Of a stretch of DNA of 64,000 nt, positions 26,490 to 38,420 are shown piece after piece. The first letter of the stretch is position 1; every line of letters starts with the position of its first letter. Source of the stretch: Chiloscyllium plagiosum (lineage: Eukaryota); contig NC_057755.1 in the NCBI RefSeq assembly GCF_004010195.1, positions 3,867,462 through 3,931,461 on the forward strand, read 5' to 3'. The position numbers and the translations under genes were made by a program. A model generated the notes under the pieces. That model was not told the DNA's origin, searched no databases, and worked only from the letters and a program-made list of their open reading frames with translations.

Positions 26490-27136
26490 GAGTGTAAAAG
26501 TGGACAAGTCCTGAGGTCTGCGGGAGCTATAACCAAGGCGATGATGGTGGAAATTACAAGTACTATGATCAAATTTTTAATTCCTCTTCAGCTACCCGAT
26601 GACACAGAGGACTTCAGCACAGCTGATATGTTTCCACTTTTCAAGAAAGGTGGTGGAGATTGACCTGGAATTACACGTCAGTGATTCCCAGTGCACGGGA
26701 AACTATTAGAGAAAATTCTGAAGGAGAGAATTGATCTCCATTTTGAAGGGCAAGGCGAGATCAGTGTCTGTGGCATTGTTACAGAGATGAAATGGCTCAC
26801 AAATCTAGTGGGACTTTTCGAGTAGTTGACCGTGTCTGTCGATGACGGTAGGGCAACTGATGCAGTGGATATGGTTTTCACCAAGGCATTTGACAAGGCA
26901 GCACATGGGAGATTGATAACGAAGGTAAAAGCACATGGCATCCACAATTAATTAGCAATTTGGTTCCAAAATTGGCTCTGTCAGAGGAGGCAGAGGGTGT
27001 TGATAGAAAGCTGGATGTGTAATTGAAGGCTGGTGATCAGATGAAGTGGTGTACGACTCGGATGAATGTTGGGTCCGTTACTGTTGGTGATATTCATGAA
27101 TGATAATGAAGAATGTGCCAGTTTGTGCATGCACAC

Positions 27137-27176
<40 letters not shown>

Positions 27177-27614
27177 AGTGAGTGTGTGTGTTTGAGTTTG
27201 TGTGTGTCAGAGTATGCTTGTGTGTCTGCGAATGTGTGTGCTGTAGGGGCTGAGTATGGGTGGGGATGATAAATATGTTTGCCATGTCACAAATATTGAT
27301 CAGATGTTTGACAGTGAGGAAAATATTGTGAGGTGACAAACAGAAATAGATAGGTTGGTGAAAGGGCAGATCAATGACAGGTGGAATGTAACCCTGATAA
27401 ACCTGTAGGTGATACCGGTTACTTGAAGCTTCAAGACCAGGCAGTACTCAATGAATAATAAGACACTGGGTCGGGCAAAGGAACCAAAAGATCTTGAGGA
27501 GCATGTTAACAGATCTCTAAAGGTAGCAGGACAGGTTAATAGGGTCGTTTAGAAGGCGTATAGGATATGTGCCTTTACCATTCGAGACATAAGAACAGGG
27601 AGGTCCTGTTGCAG
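26490..27614 (+). mobile_element. Decayed CR1 ORF2 fragment with internal (GT)n tract, truncated at the ERV LTR
   Basis: KVDKS, PLFKKG, FTKAFDKAAH, LGPLLLVIFMND; ends NREVLLQ immediately before the LTR. Confidence 0.85.
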
Positions 27615-28286
27615 TGAAGATTTATACCCCGTTGTAGGCCCTCTTAGTTTTAGGAGGCGTCAAAAGAATGACTTGGAGTACAATCTGTTTAAAACAAGGT
27701 TACCCGTTTAATAAATGAATAAATAGAAGTAGCCTGGGGGAGATTTGCCAAGCAACACGGAGGTTCAAAGTTTCTGTGCTCCGTAGAGAAATAGTGCAAA
27801 TACATTTGACAATTACACATTATTTATGTTTTTTATAGGTAGTACAGTCTGAATTACAAGAAAAGACCAATCATATCTAATAAGGTGACTTGATTTACAG
27901 CAGGTTAATCCAATGATATTTCCTGGGAAAAGGATCTTAATTAGCAGAAAAGTCCAATCAACTGTAATATAGTGACATGATTGACGACAGGCTAATCCAA
28001 TGATATTTCAAGGGAAACAGATGGTTATACGCATGTTTACTAATTCAAGTTTACCTCAAATACGAAATCACTGTCTTATAATTCATATTATGAAAATCCA
28101 TTATAATCTCTTATCTTCTATTTAGCTTAACTCAACAAAGCAGCAGCACAAGTTCACAGAGTCAAGTTCTTACTTTCAGCCATTATGTTGCGTTATTTTA
28201 AATTGAAAAGCCATTTCGTAGTTAATAAAAAATCTACATATATTTCTTGCATCTGACAACAGCTAAATCCAAATTAAATATCCTCA
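27615..28286 (-). repeat. ERV 3-prime LTR
   Basis: Bounded by TG...CA (tgaaga...atcctca). Minus-strand TATAAA at ~27832-27837, internal ~85-bp tandem repeat with CCAAT boxes, and a degenerate purine tract (cagggaa) adjacent at 28287-28293. Confidence 0.8.
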
Positions 28287-28335
28287 TTCCCTGCGTTGGT
28301 CATTCTATGACCACACCATAAAGGCATGGACCAAA

Positions 28336-30303
28336 TTAATGCAATTCGATGGCAGTGGAAGACTGCAATCCTTTCTCTTCCTCTGAAAAGGAATCAGGGA
28401 CAGGCGATGATGCTTCCTCATCATCATCAAAGTGGAGAATTAGAATTTTCTGGGTGCAACCAATGTTGTCAATAGAAATTAATATTTTAGCAATAATACA
28501 CTTATCAATAGCAATACTAACAAAATGATCAAATGAACAATAGCAGCATACGTAGCCATATTGATAAGCCCTTTGTACCATAAACCAAAACCCCAGTCTC
28601 CCCACCCTGCACCTTCATTCATTTGGTTGACAGAAGTGCTGATGCTATCGATATGTCCAGTAATGTTTTCGATAAAGTTAGTGATCCCCATGATGCATTT
28701 TCCTTTGACTATGATGCAAACGCCACCTTCCTTCACAATAATGTAATCGAGAGCATAGCGGTTTTGTTGGGGAAATAGGCACAATTCTGAAAGCTCGTCC
28801 CTTATTTCAATTAGGAAGCAGTTGTCTCATTTCATGAGATTGTGGGTCCACAAATGTTTTGATAATTAATAACTCCTGAAGAACCTCTTTCGGAAAGAAC
28901 ACTAAGTGCTGCATATGTTAATGAGTGAGTTTTACTATTTGCTAGAAACTTTGGATCCTTCCATTCTGCACAAAAGTCAGAAGAAACTGAAAGTTTAACA
29001 CGCGAATTTGAATCTCGGTGCCAGGTAAATGGACAGGGAACAGGAGTTGGAAATGATGCTTCTACAGCTACAACTTGTGGAGTACTTGCTATATTCATGA
29101 CAAGATGCCTTACTATAACTGAATAATAATATCCAGATTTAGTATAGATAATGGAGGGACCTTCCCAATGAAAAGCGGGCCTATCTTTGTGACTTCCTGA
29201 GGTGAAAGTGAGGTCTGCAGATGCTGGAGATCAGAGATGGAAATGTGTTGCTGGAAAAGCGCAGCAGGTCAGGCAGCATCTAGGGAACAGGAGAATCGAC
29301 GTTTCGGGCATTAGCCCTTCTTCAGGAAGAAGGGCTAATGCCCGAAACGTCGATTCTCCTGTTCCCTAGATGCTGCCTGACCTGCTGCGACTTCCTGAGG
29401 TACCTGGGTAATCCTTGATTACATAGTTTGGTCCCGAACATAAAGGCTGGAAATCATTCAGTCTAATGAGGTGGGTCACTTGATAAGAAACGTGGTCGAC
29501 ATCGCAGAATGGTTCTACCCATCCAAAAACTGGGAAAATATGAGTGCAATTAGGTGTATCATAATGAAGTTGGTTGTGGTAAACCACCCCACAATGGGTT
29601 TGAATACCAGAGGTAATAGAAACACATTCCTCCTTTAGGATATGGGGTCCTTTTTTCAGGGAAACAGAGACATCTGATAAATTTAGGCATAGCACAGGGG
29701 ATACTTGTAGGCAATTTTACATAGGTACACTCCAATCCATGCACCCCCATCCCTTACTGTTGTAACAATTTGGATAGGATATTGCGGATTTACTGTAGGA
29801 AGTCCATTATCCTGTAAATACTTTAGAACTATTCGATACCCCCATGTTAGGATTTGGAAGGATAAAAGAGGTCTGGGAATCTATTGCTGAAGTAAAGGTG
29901 TAACTTCATCCTCTCCAAATATGTTATTATGGGTTTTGAGAAACAAATTGTTAGTGAAGGATAGCATCCAACCTTTCCTCTTTTACTGCATGATCTATCT
30001 GAAAGGGGACATGGCTTACCAGCGATGCCCATAGTACAAATGAAATTACACTGGCACACAACACCTTTAGAGGATAAAGACCATTTAGATTTGTTCTGTA
30101 AATGAACTGGTCAATTTTTTTGATGCAGTTGACCACTGCATTCGTCATTCTTCGTAACATTCAGTCTCTCGGCAAACAAGGACATCTTCCTGGCAGAGAT
30201 GGTGCACAGTCTCTGGTTGCTCAGGATCGCACAGGTAAACTGTCCCTTCCTGTGCTCCAAAGCTGGCAATGGCAAGCCCACACAGTAGGGCAAGTTCTAT
30301 CAT
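28336..30303 (-). pseudogene. env: Retroviral env pseudogene (gamma-type TM)
   Basis: Signal-like MIELALLCGLAIASFGA from 30303, Cys-rich SU fragments, mutated furin-like site RVKL, immunosuppressive domain QQNRYALDYIIVKEGGVC-x6-C and hydrophobic anchor AAIVHLIILLVLLLISVLLL. Many stops and frameshifts. Confidence 0.88.
29204..29388. mobile_element. Short Penelope-like insertion with inverted termini inside env
   Basis: Flanked by 13-bp direct repeat gacttcctgaggt (29191-29203 and 29389-29401). Contains a perfect inverted repeat 29260-29323 / 29326-29389. Confidence 0.85.
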
Positions 30304-33300
30304 TATTATCTCTTCACTTCCACCCCCCTTGCAAGTGGCTTACCTGATGAGCTTGCAATGATGGAGATGAACTCAGGCAGAACGGTCGGCGACCTAAGCA
30401 ACGGTTGGGTTGGTGAGGAGGACCTGGATGGTCCTTCCCATCAGCGTATGAGGCCATGGAGTGTCCATTGTAATAAAGTATAAACCATTCCCTCCTTGTA
30501 TGTATGTGTATACAATATACACATCCTCAATTAAAATATGCAGCAGCAAAGAAGTAACACAAACTAATGTAGTAGAAGTCACCTATATTCTGGTTTGAAT
30601 ATCGTGGGAGTACTCTATTTGAGGCCATACTTTGTCCCCTTCAGCAGGCTAGAAGTCCGAAGAGAAATTTTGAAATAAATAATTCTCAAATTAATCAAAC
30701 TCATGTAGCCCACTTGTGTAAATATATCGCCCACACTGGCAAAAAGCTAATTCATTCTAAACTTTGCACCAGAGATTGCACTGTTCAGTATCAAATGTCT
30801 AATTGAAGATAATAGCTCAGCCAGACACTCCTCCTTTCATCTAACAGCCCCTTACGAAGATAAATCAAATCAACTAGTGTGCATTTATATAAGCTGCATA
30901 CACAAAGCAAAGACATTTATTCTTAGTGTCTATGCCTGAACTCAAATTACTTGATAATTCAGTCAGTTGTATATTTTAATATAATATGATATAAAGTGCT
31001 TGTATCATTTCAGAAATGGTCATTTGCAAATTACTTCCAAATTTCTAAACAATATGGAAAACGATCCAAACACTAAACCTGCTTACAGTGAGTAAGCAAT
31101 AGATAAACCAACCTTTACATTGTGAATTGGCACTGAACAGACAGTCTCACTCCCCCGTGACTTCTGTACCTTACCCAGAGCTGGCATACCCGTCCTTATT
31201 CTGTGTCTAACCGGGTTTTGCTGGGGACCCAATGGGTTCAGAAGTTTGCGGTGAAAGCCGGCCTACTTGGCAGCTGCATATACTTACCCACTACATCAGA
31301 AACAGTATCAGTTTTATTAGTATGAGCTAAACATCTTGAAAAGCGTCAGATTGGTTGGACAAAATAGCATTACTATAACACTCCCCTTGGGTGGTTACAA
31401 ATCTTCAATGTTTGCACAAAGCTCCAACATCGTAGTTCATTTTAAAAGCAGAATTAAGAGTCAGTGTATATTTGTAGATTTTCCTTTTGATAGGATGAAA
31501 GCATGCCGATTCCCAACATCAGTTCCGAGCTACCATTAAAAACTTATTACTCCGCATAGGCCACATTTCAACAGTTAAAGCAAGGGCCAGGTGTATGTCC
31601 CTGGGAGATTTTGCTTTCTTGTTCCTCGTCTCAAAGGTGAAGTGCTGGGAATTGCCTGTCCCCATTTTCGGGAAGAGGTTGTCCAGCAGTGGTCGTCGGA
31701 TAAGTACATGAGGTAGGTTCCGCCCCCATTGGCTATCCTGGTTCCAATCAACCATATCAGGACTGGCATATGGCTTTTGGGATCGTGAGGCCGCTGGATA
31801 TAATTTGGTTTACCTGTAACTTGCATCATGGTTCAGTCCGGTTCCGACCATCCCAATAAAAAAAAACACCGCTCACCTCATTTGCGACTGGAAATCCCTG
31901 GACTGGTTCGTACTGTTGGCCTGGATCCTGACAGTGACCCCAGGCAGAAAACATTGCAAAACCATAGGGTTAAGTAAAGATAATTAACCATCTTGATTAT
32001 TGTTCAATTGTTTGTCGCTTCCATTAGACAAATAGCCACATCTTTCAGTCTTGTAACACAACCCATCATATTCAGGCCAATTCCAGAGTTTTACTGCATT
32101 TTCATCCGTATCACTTGGACATATTGAGCAAATTGGGCCGGTTTGGTCTTACAGTCGGGGGCATGCTTCATTAACGTAAATTTAGTTCCTGGGATGGGAC
32201 CAGGTTTAGGATGGGGCAGGCCACTTATGACCATGATATCGGCTTTGAAGGCTGGATGCTTCATATTCAAAAGGAAGAAAGGTTTGGACAACTGGAAAGT
32301 TTAAATTAAGGAAGGGGACTATCCGGAGATGTTAGGGACTCAGCGGGTTTACAGGAACAAAATTGCAATCCTCAAAAAGGGTCAGTGTGCCAGGCATAGG
32401 CTCGGGATTCCGAGTAGAAACTAAGTTCTTCATATTATTGTGTTATTGCTTTAACCTTATTTATATACTCCTCAACCTTAGTGACCTTACACTGTTTTCT
32501 CATGTTCTTTATGTGTGTATAAAGAACACATGCAGAATGTCTTCAACTGGACAGTAAGGTATCTTTCCATTGTTTAATTAACAATAAATTAATGCAGCCG
32601 TGTTTTAAGTTAGCCATGAGGCAATAAGACAGGTCACTGACAATGTGCAATGGAATTAAAACAAGCGACCCTGCCAATGAAATTTGATTGGGGCGAATAC
32701 AACTGCTTATTATAAATATTATAAAGTAATATAATAAAGTAATGAACAAATGAATCATTATCTGTAATTCAGTGTATGAACCTATCAAAAACATCTTTAA
32801 AAACTGTATTCTACTGCTTTATCCTTGTTATTGCATCATTCTCTTCCCTTCTGTAGTTGATCTCCTCGCCTCTATTTTAATTTTAACCTTATTTAACTAA
32901 TTTAACAATTTATGTTTGTCTAACATTAAAGCCTGTTGCTAACTATACATTGTGGAATCTTAATTGTCATAATCTGAAAGCTACTCTTCGGACTTGAATT
33001 TTCAGCGAATCAAAAATTGCAAGAGGAGAATAACGAAATAGGTGATTTGTCTCTTTCAATCGTCCTGGTCACTGTATCACATGGCTGTGACATTATGGAG
33101 TCTGCTCACTGCATGGCAATGGGGCAGTGATGCTTCAAACGAAATAGCGATTGATTTACCACCTATTCCTTGATGTGTTTGGCTGTCCCGATTGTCCAAA
33201 GGGTGGAATTCTGGGTGAAAGCGGTGACTGCTTAAGTCAGGCAGTAGTCCTTTTACATTTGTTAGGGACAGCTAATGATGTGGATAGAATTCAGTGTGCA

Positions 33301-35339
33301 TATTGAGTGGAGTGTTACCAAGCATACTTTGCCCAATATTGAGTCTGGATCCAGCTGAAGAAGAGTCTGGAAAACAAGTTTTCATTTATTTTTGTGAACA
33401 TTGGAGGATCAACAGTGGTTAGTTCTCTTTTCGTGTTTTGAGAGCAGATCTCCTCTGTGGTAATATATCTCTGGTCATTATTTTTACAATATATATCTGA
33501 GTAACATGCAGCATGTTATTTACTTTTAGTCATTAATACAAATTGTAAATTCATTGGTTCAGCATTTAATATTTTAAACTTAAAATGTACCCGGTTCCCA
33601 ACATTGAAATCCACTATAATTACGCAAAATGTCCAAGGTTGGTCCTGACTAGTCATTGCACATTTACAATGCTAAAGGTCGTGAAATAACGGAAGCTGCC
33701 TCAAAGAGTTTTGTCTATTCAAATGAAAAAGCAAACTTCTAATGCATGAATAATGCCTGAATCCAAAGACACAGATATTAACCATCGGGTTGTAATTTTG
33801 TTAGATGATTTTTCACAACCTAATATTGAACTGAACCTTCAATAGTCATTGAGGGAGGGGACTCCCTCAATAAGACTACAACTGTCCTTACCAGTGATTA
33901 CCAATAAAACACAGCAGACTTAACATTAAGTGGAAACAAGCGAGACTGAAACAAAAAAAAGTTTATAATGTTGTCTTGTTGCTTATTAAACTGATTTAAA
34001 ATCGAATAAGGTTGACTTTCTCGTATGGATAAAATGTATTAGTTAGAAACTGACAGTAGGGCAGTCATGGTAAAAACAAGCACTGCAGATGCTGGAAACC
34101 AGAGTCGAGATTGAAGCACAGCAGGTAAAGCAAGGAGCAGTAAAATCATTGTTTCGGGCAAAAGCCCTTCTTCAGAAATGATGTTGGGAAAAGGTAGCAA
34201 AGAGTACAATGGGTGAATGTGGGTGGGGATGAAGGTGATAGGTCAGAGAGGAGGGTGGAGTTGATAGGAGCAATGGAAGATTGGCAGGTAGGATAGGTCA
34301 TGAGAGCGGTGCTGAGCTGGAAGCTGGAGCTGGTGTGACGTGGGGGAAGGGCAGTCATAATCTGTAAAATGAATAGGAGATAATATTTTATTTCATAATC
34401 ACTGAAGGATCCTTAACATTAAAATAAATCATGTTAAATTTTCAAAATGCTAATCATATTCAAAACAGTCATGGATCTCGAGCTTTTTCACATAATGTCA
34501 CGAACGTTGAGGATGGATAATCTGTTCTGTCTATGCAATTACCCATTTTAAAATTCCTTCAGTTTTATAGCAACTGATTAAAAAATAACTCACCAATCAG
34601 AATTCCACAAACGTTAATTTATTTGACAAACTGTTTTTAAAAAACAAAGTAACCTTTATTTGTAAAATATCGAAATATTTTCTTTTATTAATCAACTTAA
34701 GTATTGACTTTTTAAGGTATTATTATTAGTTATTATCTTATAATTAAGTTCCAGGCCTCCTTTATATCTATTATAAGCAGATAAATCTTAGTCAATATAC
34801 TTTAAATTAACATCAACCACCTGTATTAAATATCGGGGTCAACTGCCCCAGTAATAGCCACAAATATCGGGGGGCCTCCTGCCTCTGTAATAGTTAACTG
34901 CCTGTATTAAAACCGTTGAGGCCACCAGCCTCCAAAAATTGCTGAAGATCCAAAGATTGGAGCTTCTTTTTAAACAGGAAATTAACGAAGTTCGGGAGAT
35001 TCAGAGTTCAACACTCTTCTCGTAGTTCAGCAATTTTCGGAAACCACTGTCCTAAGTGCAACAGCAACCCCAACCTCAGTCAATGTCTCCCCCCCCCCTC
35101 CCCCCGACCCCGACCACCACCCCCATAATCCCCCAGAACCAACCCTTGCTAACAGCGATGCTTTTGAGCTGGACTGGAACATAAACAGCGAGGGGTCATG
35201 TCAGACACCACTTGAATGAGAGGAAAACCAAATGCTCTTAAAATGTTCACATCTGGCCGGCCGAATTCCTCAACACTCAATAGTGAAAGACATTTAACTC
35301 TTACACCGCTGTTCACGACCTGTCTGAGCTGAAATGAAA

Positions 35340-35349
35340 CATGGCACCA
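35340..35349 (-). other. Primer-binding site, tRNA-His-like
   Basis: TGGTGCCATG lies 3 nt after the LTR end; 9/10 match to the start of the tRNA-His complement TGGTGCCGTG, degenerate beyond that. Confidence 0.5.
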
Positions 35350-35352
35350 AAA

Positions 35353-36020
35353 TGAAGATCCAGACACCTCAAGAGAGGTCTCTTGTTTCGTAATCGGTGA
35401 AAAGATTCAACGGAATGTGGTCTGGAAAAAAGCAAGCGTCATTAGTTTATTGAATTAAGGCATCTTGATGCAATTCAGTTCAGCAACACAAAGGCTAAAG
35501 CTTTTGTGTTCTGTGGTGAAGTTGTGCAATTACATTGGAAAATTAGAGATTGTTTGTATGTTTTTAAGAGGTAGTGCAGCCTTAATTACAAGAAAAGACC
35601 AATCAAGTTTAATAAGATGACATGATTTCCAGCAGATTAACCCAGTGATATTGCGTGGGAACGGGTTCTTAATTACAAGAAAATTCGAATCAACTGTAAT
35701 AAGGTGACATGATTGACAACAGGCTAATCCAACGATATTCCCTGGGGAAGGGGTCTTAATTTATGTAAATGTCCACGTCATAGTAGCGGTTCAATGTTAG
35801 TTCGAATACACATCACTGTCTTATGAGAAATCCATTGTTCTCTTTTATCTCTGAATACAACCAAATTAGCAAAGCATCAGTTCCGGTTCACAGAGTCAAA
35901 TTATTGCTTGCAGCCATTTTGTTGTGTTATTTTAAATTGAAAAACCATTTTGTGTTTAATAAAAATCTGCAGATACTTATTGCTTCTGACAACAGCCTAA
36001 ATTCAAGTTTTAGATCCTCT
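35353..36020 (-). repeat. ERV 5-prime LTR
   Basis: Colinear with 27615-28286 (tgaagat...atcctct), same ~85-bp internal repeat at ~35584-35757, minus-strand AATAAA at 35446-35451. Confidence 0.8.
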
Positions 36021-36560
36021 GCTGGGGTGTTAAAGTGGCAGGCAACTGGAAGCTCAGGGTCTTTTTGGGGGAGAGGACGTCGTTGTCCTGCGAAGTACCA
36101 TTCCGTCTACGCTCTGTTTTCCCAAGTGTATGGGAGACCGACTTAGTGAGCAGCGAATGCAGCTGACTAAATTGTGAAAAGTGATGATAAATCGTTGCTT
36201 CACCTGAAAGGCATGTTTGGACCCTTGGATACTGAGTGGGGAAGAGGTAAATTGGCAGGTGTTACCTTAGGGGTTTGTATGGGAAAATGCCAGACGGGTG
36301 TTGGGGCTCTTAAGAGTGAAGGAAGAGTGGACCAGGGTGTCCCACAGTGAATGATCCCTGCGAAATTGGAATATGTGTCTGGTGGTCGCATCTCACTGGA
36401 GGTGTTATAAATGGGGTCTGATGTTTTTTCTGGTTGTGGATGCTGGTGGTGGTATGGTAGGTAAGGATAAGGAGAAATCGATCTCTATTGCAAGAGGGGT
36501 AAGGTGTTGATGGTGAAAGTGTGTGAAATGGGTAAGACACTGTTAAGAGGGCTCTGTTGA
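36021..36560 (-). mobile_element. Penelope-like element fragment
   Basis: NRDRFLLILTYH and PVAxHFN-like segments on the minus strand. Confidence 0.6.
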
Positions 36561-36760
36561 CAATGGTTCTATGAAGTTGGGTAGTTAGGAGCTGAGAGTG
36601 GTGACCATATTTCTACCATATCTGATTAATGATCCACACCTCCCCCCCACCGCCCCCCCCCCCACCGTCCTTACCCCCACACCAAAGACAAAACCAGAAA
36701 CACCGGTCACGCTCTGAAATCAGACACGGCCCACAGGATGCGAGGAACACAGTGAACACC

Positions 36761-36766
36761 TTTAAT
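36761..36766 (-). promoter_or_regulatory. Polyadenylation signal (ATTAAA) of defensin gene 1
   Basis: ATTAAA about 87 nt after the stop, followed by GT-rich ggtgttcactgtgttcc. Confidence 0.6.
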
Positions 36767-36852
36767 CACGACACAGAAGCAGTGGCTCAGGGCCCATAGG
36801 GACACATCCAATCACGAAAGATACTGTAGTTAGCTTCAGGCACAGCCTCAGA

Positions 36853-36986
36853 TTAATCTTGCGGTATATTGATACTTATGCAGCAAACGTAATGTTGTCT
36901 GCAACCACGACGACGCTCGAATTCATCACCGAGACATGTTTCAAATCTGCACTCCCCTCCGACAAATGTACATTTCTGGGATTGAC
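36853..36986 (-). CDS. Beta-defensin-like gene 1, coding exon 2 (mature peptide)
   Basis: Acceptor ctttgctttccag, then (R)QSQKCTFVGGECRFETCLGDEFERRRGCRQHYVCCISINIPQD-TAA. Six cysteines spaced C-x6-C-x4-C-x10-C-x5-CC with the G-x-C motif, a beta-defensin signature. Intron is 36987-37787 (801 nt). Confidence 0.92.
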
Positions 36987-37787
36987 CTGGAAAGCAAAGA
37001 CGAGAAGTTCATTGATTCCTGCAGTCAGGGGCCAAGGTTTCACCTCAGCCCGTGAGACCCCTGAACTTTAAAGACATATTTCTTGCAGTCACTGATGAGA
37101 AATCTGTACATAATGAACACAGTCCAATCCAAGGGAGGGGAACCTGTCGATTGCAGCAATACCGTGACATCCATTGACATGGAATGGCCTTAAAGGTTAT
37201 AATCTGCTGCTTATTTATTTGAAAAAGGCAAATAAACATGAAGTGTTTCAGAAATAAAGTGGTTTGTTCACTCATGGGAAATGTCTGCCATAATTCACCA
37301 ACTGCACAAGGACTTCATGGTAGACTGGTGGGACTATCACTGGACGGACATCCAAGACCATCAAGCTCATGTTCTGAAGAGCTGCCTTTGAATCTCATCG
37401 AGGAAGATGACGAAATATGAATTATATCCAAATAATCTGATGTCAAGTATGAAAACGCTGTTGATTATCTGGGGGAGGGATGCTGGTGGTGAAACAAGGG
37501 AATAGCTACTTCATTAATGTTCTTAAGAGAAGGAAACCTATTGTCATTACCTGCTCTGATTTAAACGTAACTCCAGATTCATTCCCAAATGCCTTCTGGG
37601 CAATAAGGAATGGACAATAAATCTTGGTTTAGCATCCCACGAACAGTTATTGTACATATTAACTGATTGATTTTAAACTCTTGTCAGCTAAATCCAGTGG
37701 GTTACGACTTAGTCTTCAGAGAGATGAGTGACTTCAGTCTGCCCTTCTGAATGTTTGTGAATATTGTTTGAGGATAAATGGACTCAC

Positions 37788-37881
37788 GTTTAAAGGAAAG
37801 ATGTTGTTTCATGACTTCATCAGCAGGGCCTGACTGCACCATCACCAAGGCCACAAGAAAAAAGAACAGGACAGTTCTCAT
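37788..37881 (-). CDS. Beta-defensin-like gene 1, coding exon 1 (signal peptide plus short propiece)
   Basis: Minus strand ATG at 37881 reads MRTVLFFFLVALVMVQSGPADEVMKQHLSFK plus one base (C), then donor GTGAGT (37787-37782). Hydrophobic signal core; phase-1 junction compatible with the exon at 36986. Confidence 0.9.
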
Positions 37882-37931
37882 CTTCCCCTGACTTCCTGCT
37901 GCACTATGAGCTGCCCGGAGGGTGGAAGCTT

Positions 37932-37938
37932 CTTATAT
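37932..37938 (-). promoter_or_regulatory. TATA box of defensin gene 1
   Basis: ATATAAG on the minus strand about 50 nt upstream of the ATG at 37881. Confidence 0.6.
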
Positions 37939-38039
37939 GTTACACAGGCTGTCCCACCGTTAATAATTGCAGAACCACAACACAGACAGAATCTGTGATG
38001 CACATGTGAAGACGTCATTTCAATTATGAGTCAAACAAT

Positions 38040-38420
38040 AACACACACAGACACACGACTGTGTACTTAAACAACCAGACACAGGCACAAAACAATATAT
38101 ACATATATACATAATCATAGATACACACACACACATAAAATAATATATACACATATACACAAATGCACAAACTTACATATTCAAACACACAGGTACACAC
38201 ACACACAAATACACACACACAGATGGACACAAATACTCAGACTCATACACAGATACACGCACATGCATAGATACACTAACACACACAGACACAAACGCAC
38301 ACACAGACACACTCATACACACAGGTGGACACACTCACCCATACAAACACACACAGACACACACACGCACATACACAGACACAAAAGCACATACATAGAC
38401 ACACTGACACACACACTATC
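38040..38420. repeat. Degenerate (CA)n tract upstream of defensin gene 1
   Basis: Direct inspection. Confidence 0.9.

Larger units (their letters stand above)
27615..36020 (-). mobile_element. Decayed endogenous retrovirus (LTR - long non-coding interior - integrase remnant - env - LTR)
   Basis: Two related ~670-bp LTRs, PBS-like TGGTGCCATG next to the upstream LTR, integrase C-terminal remnants (QVLLTNPTVA, VHLHHCK, ~30350-30440) and env fragments. No gag or RT recognised. Confidence 0.85.
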
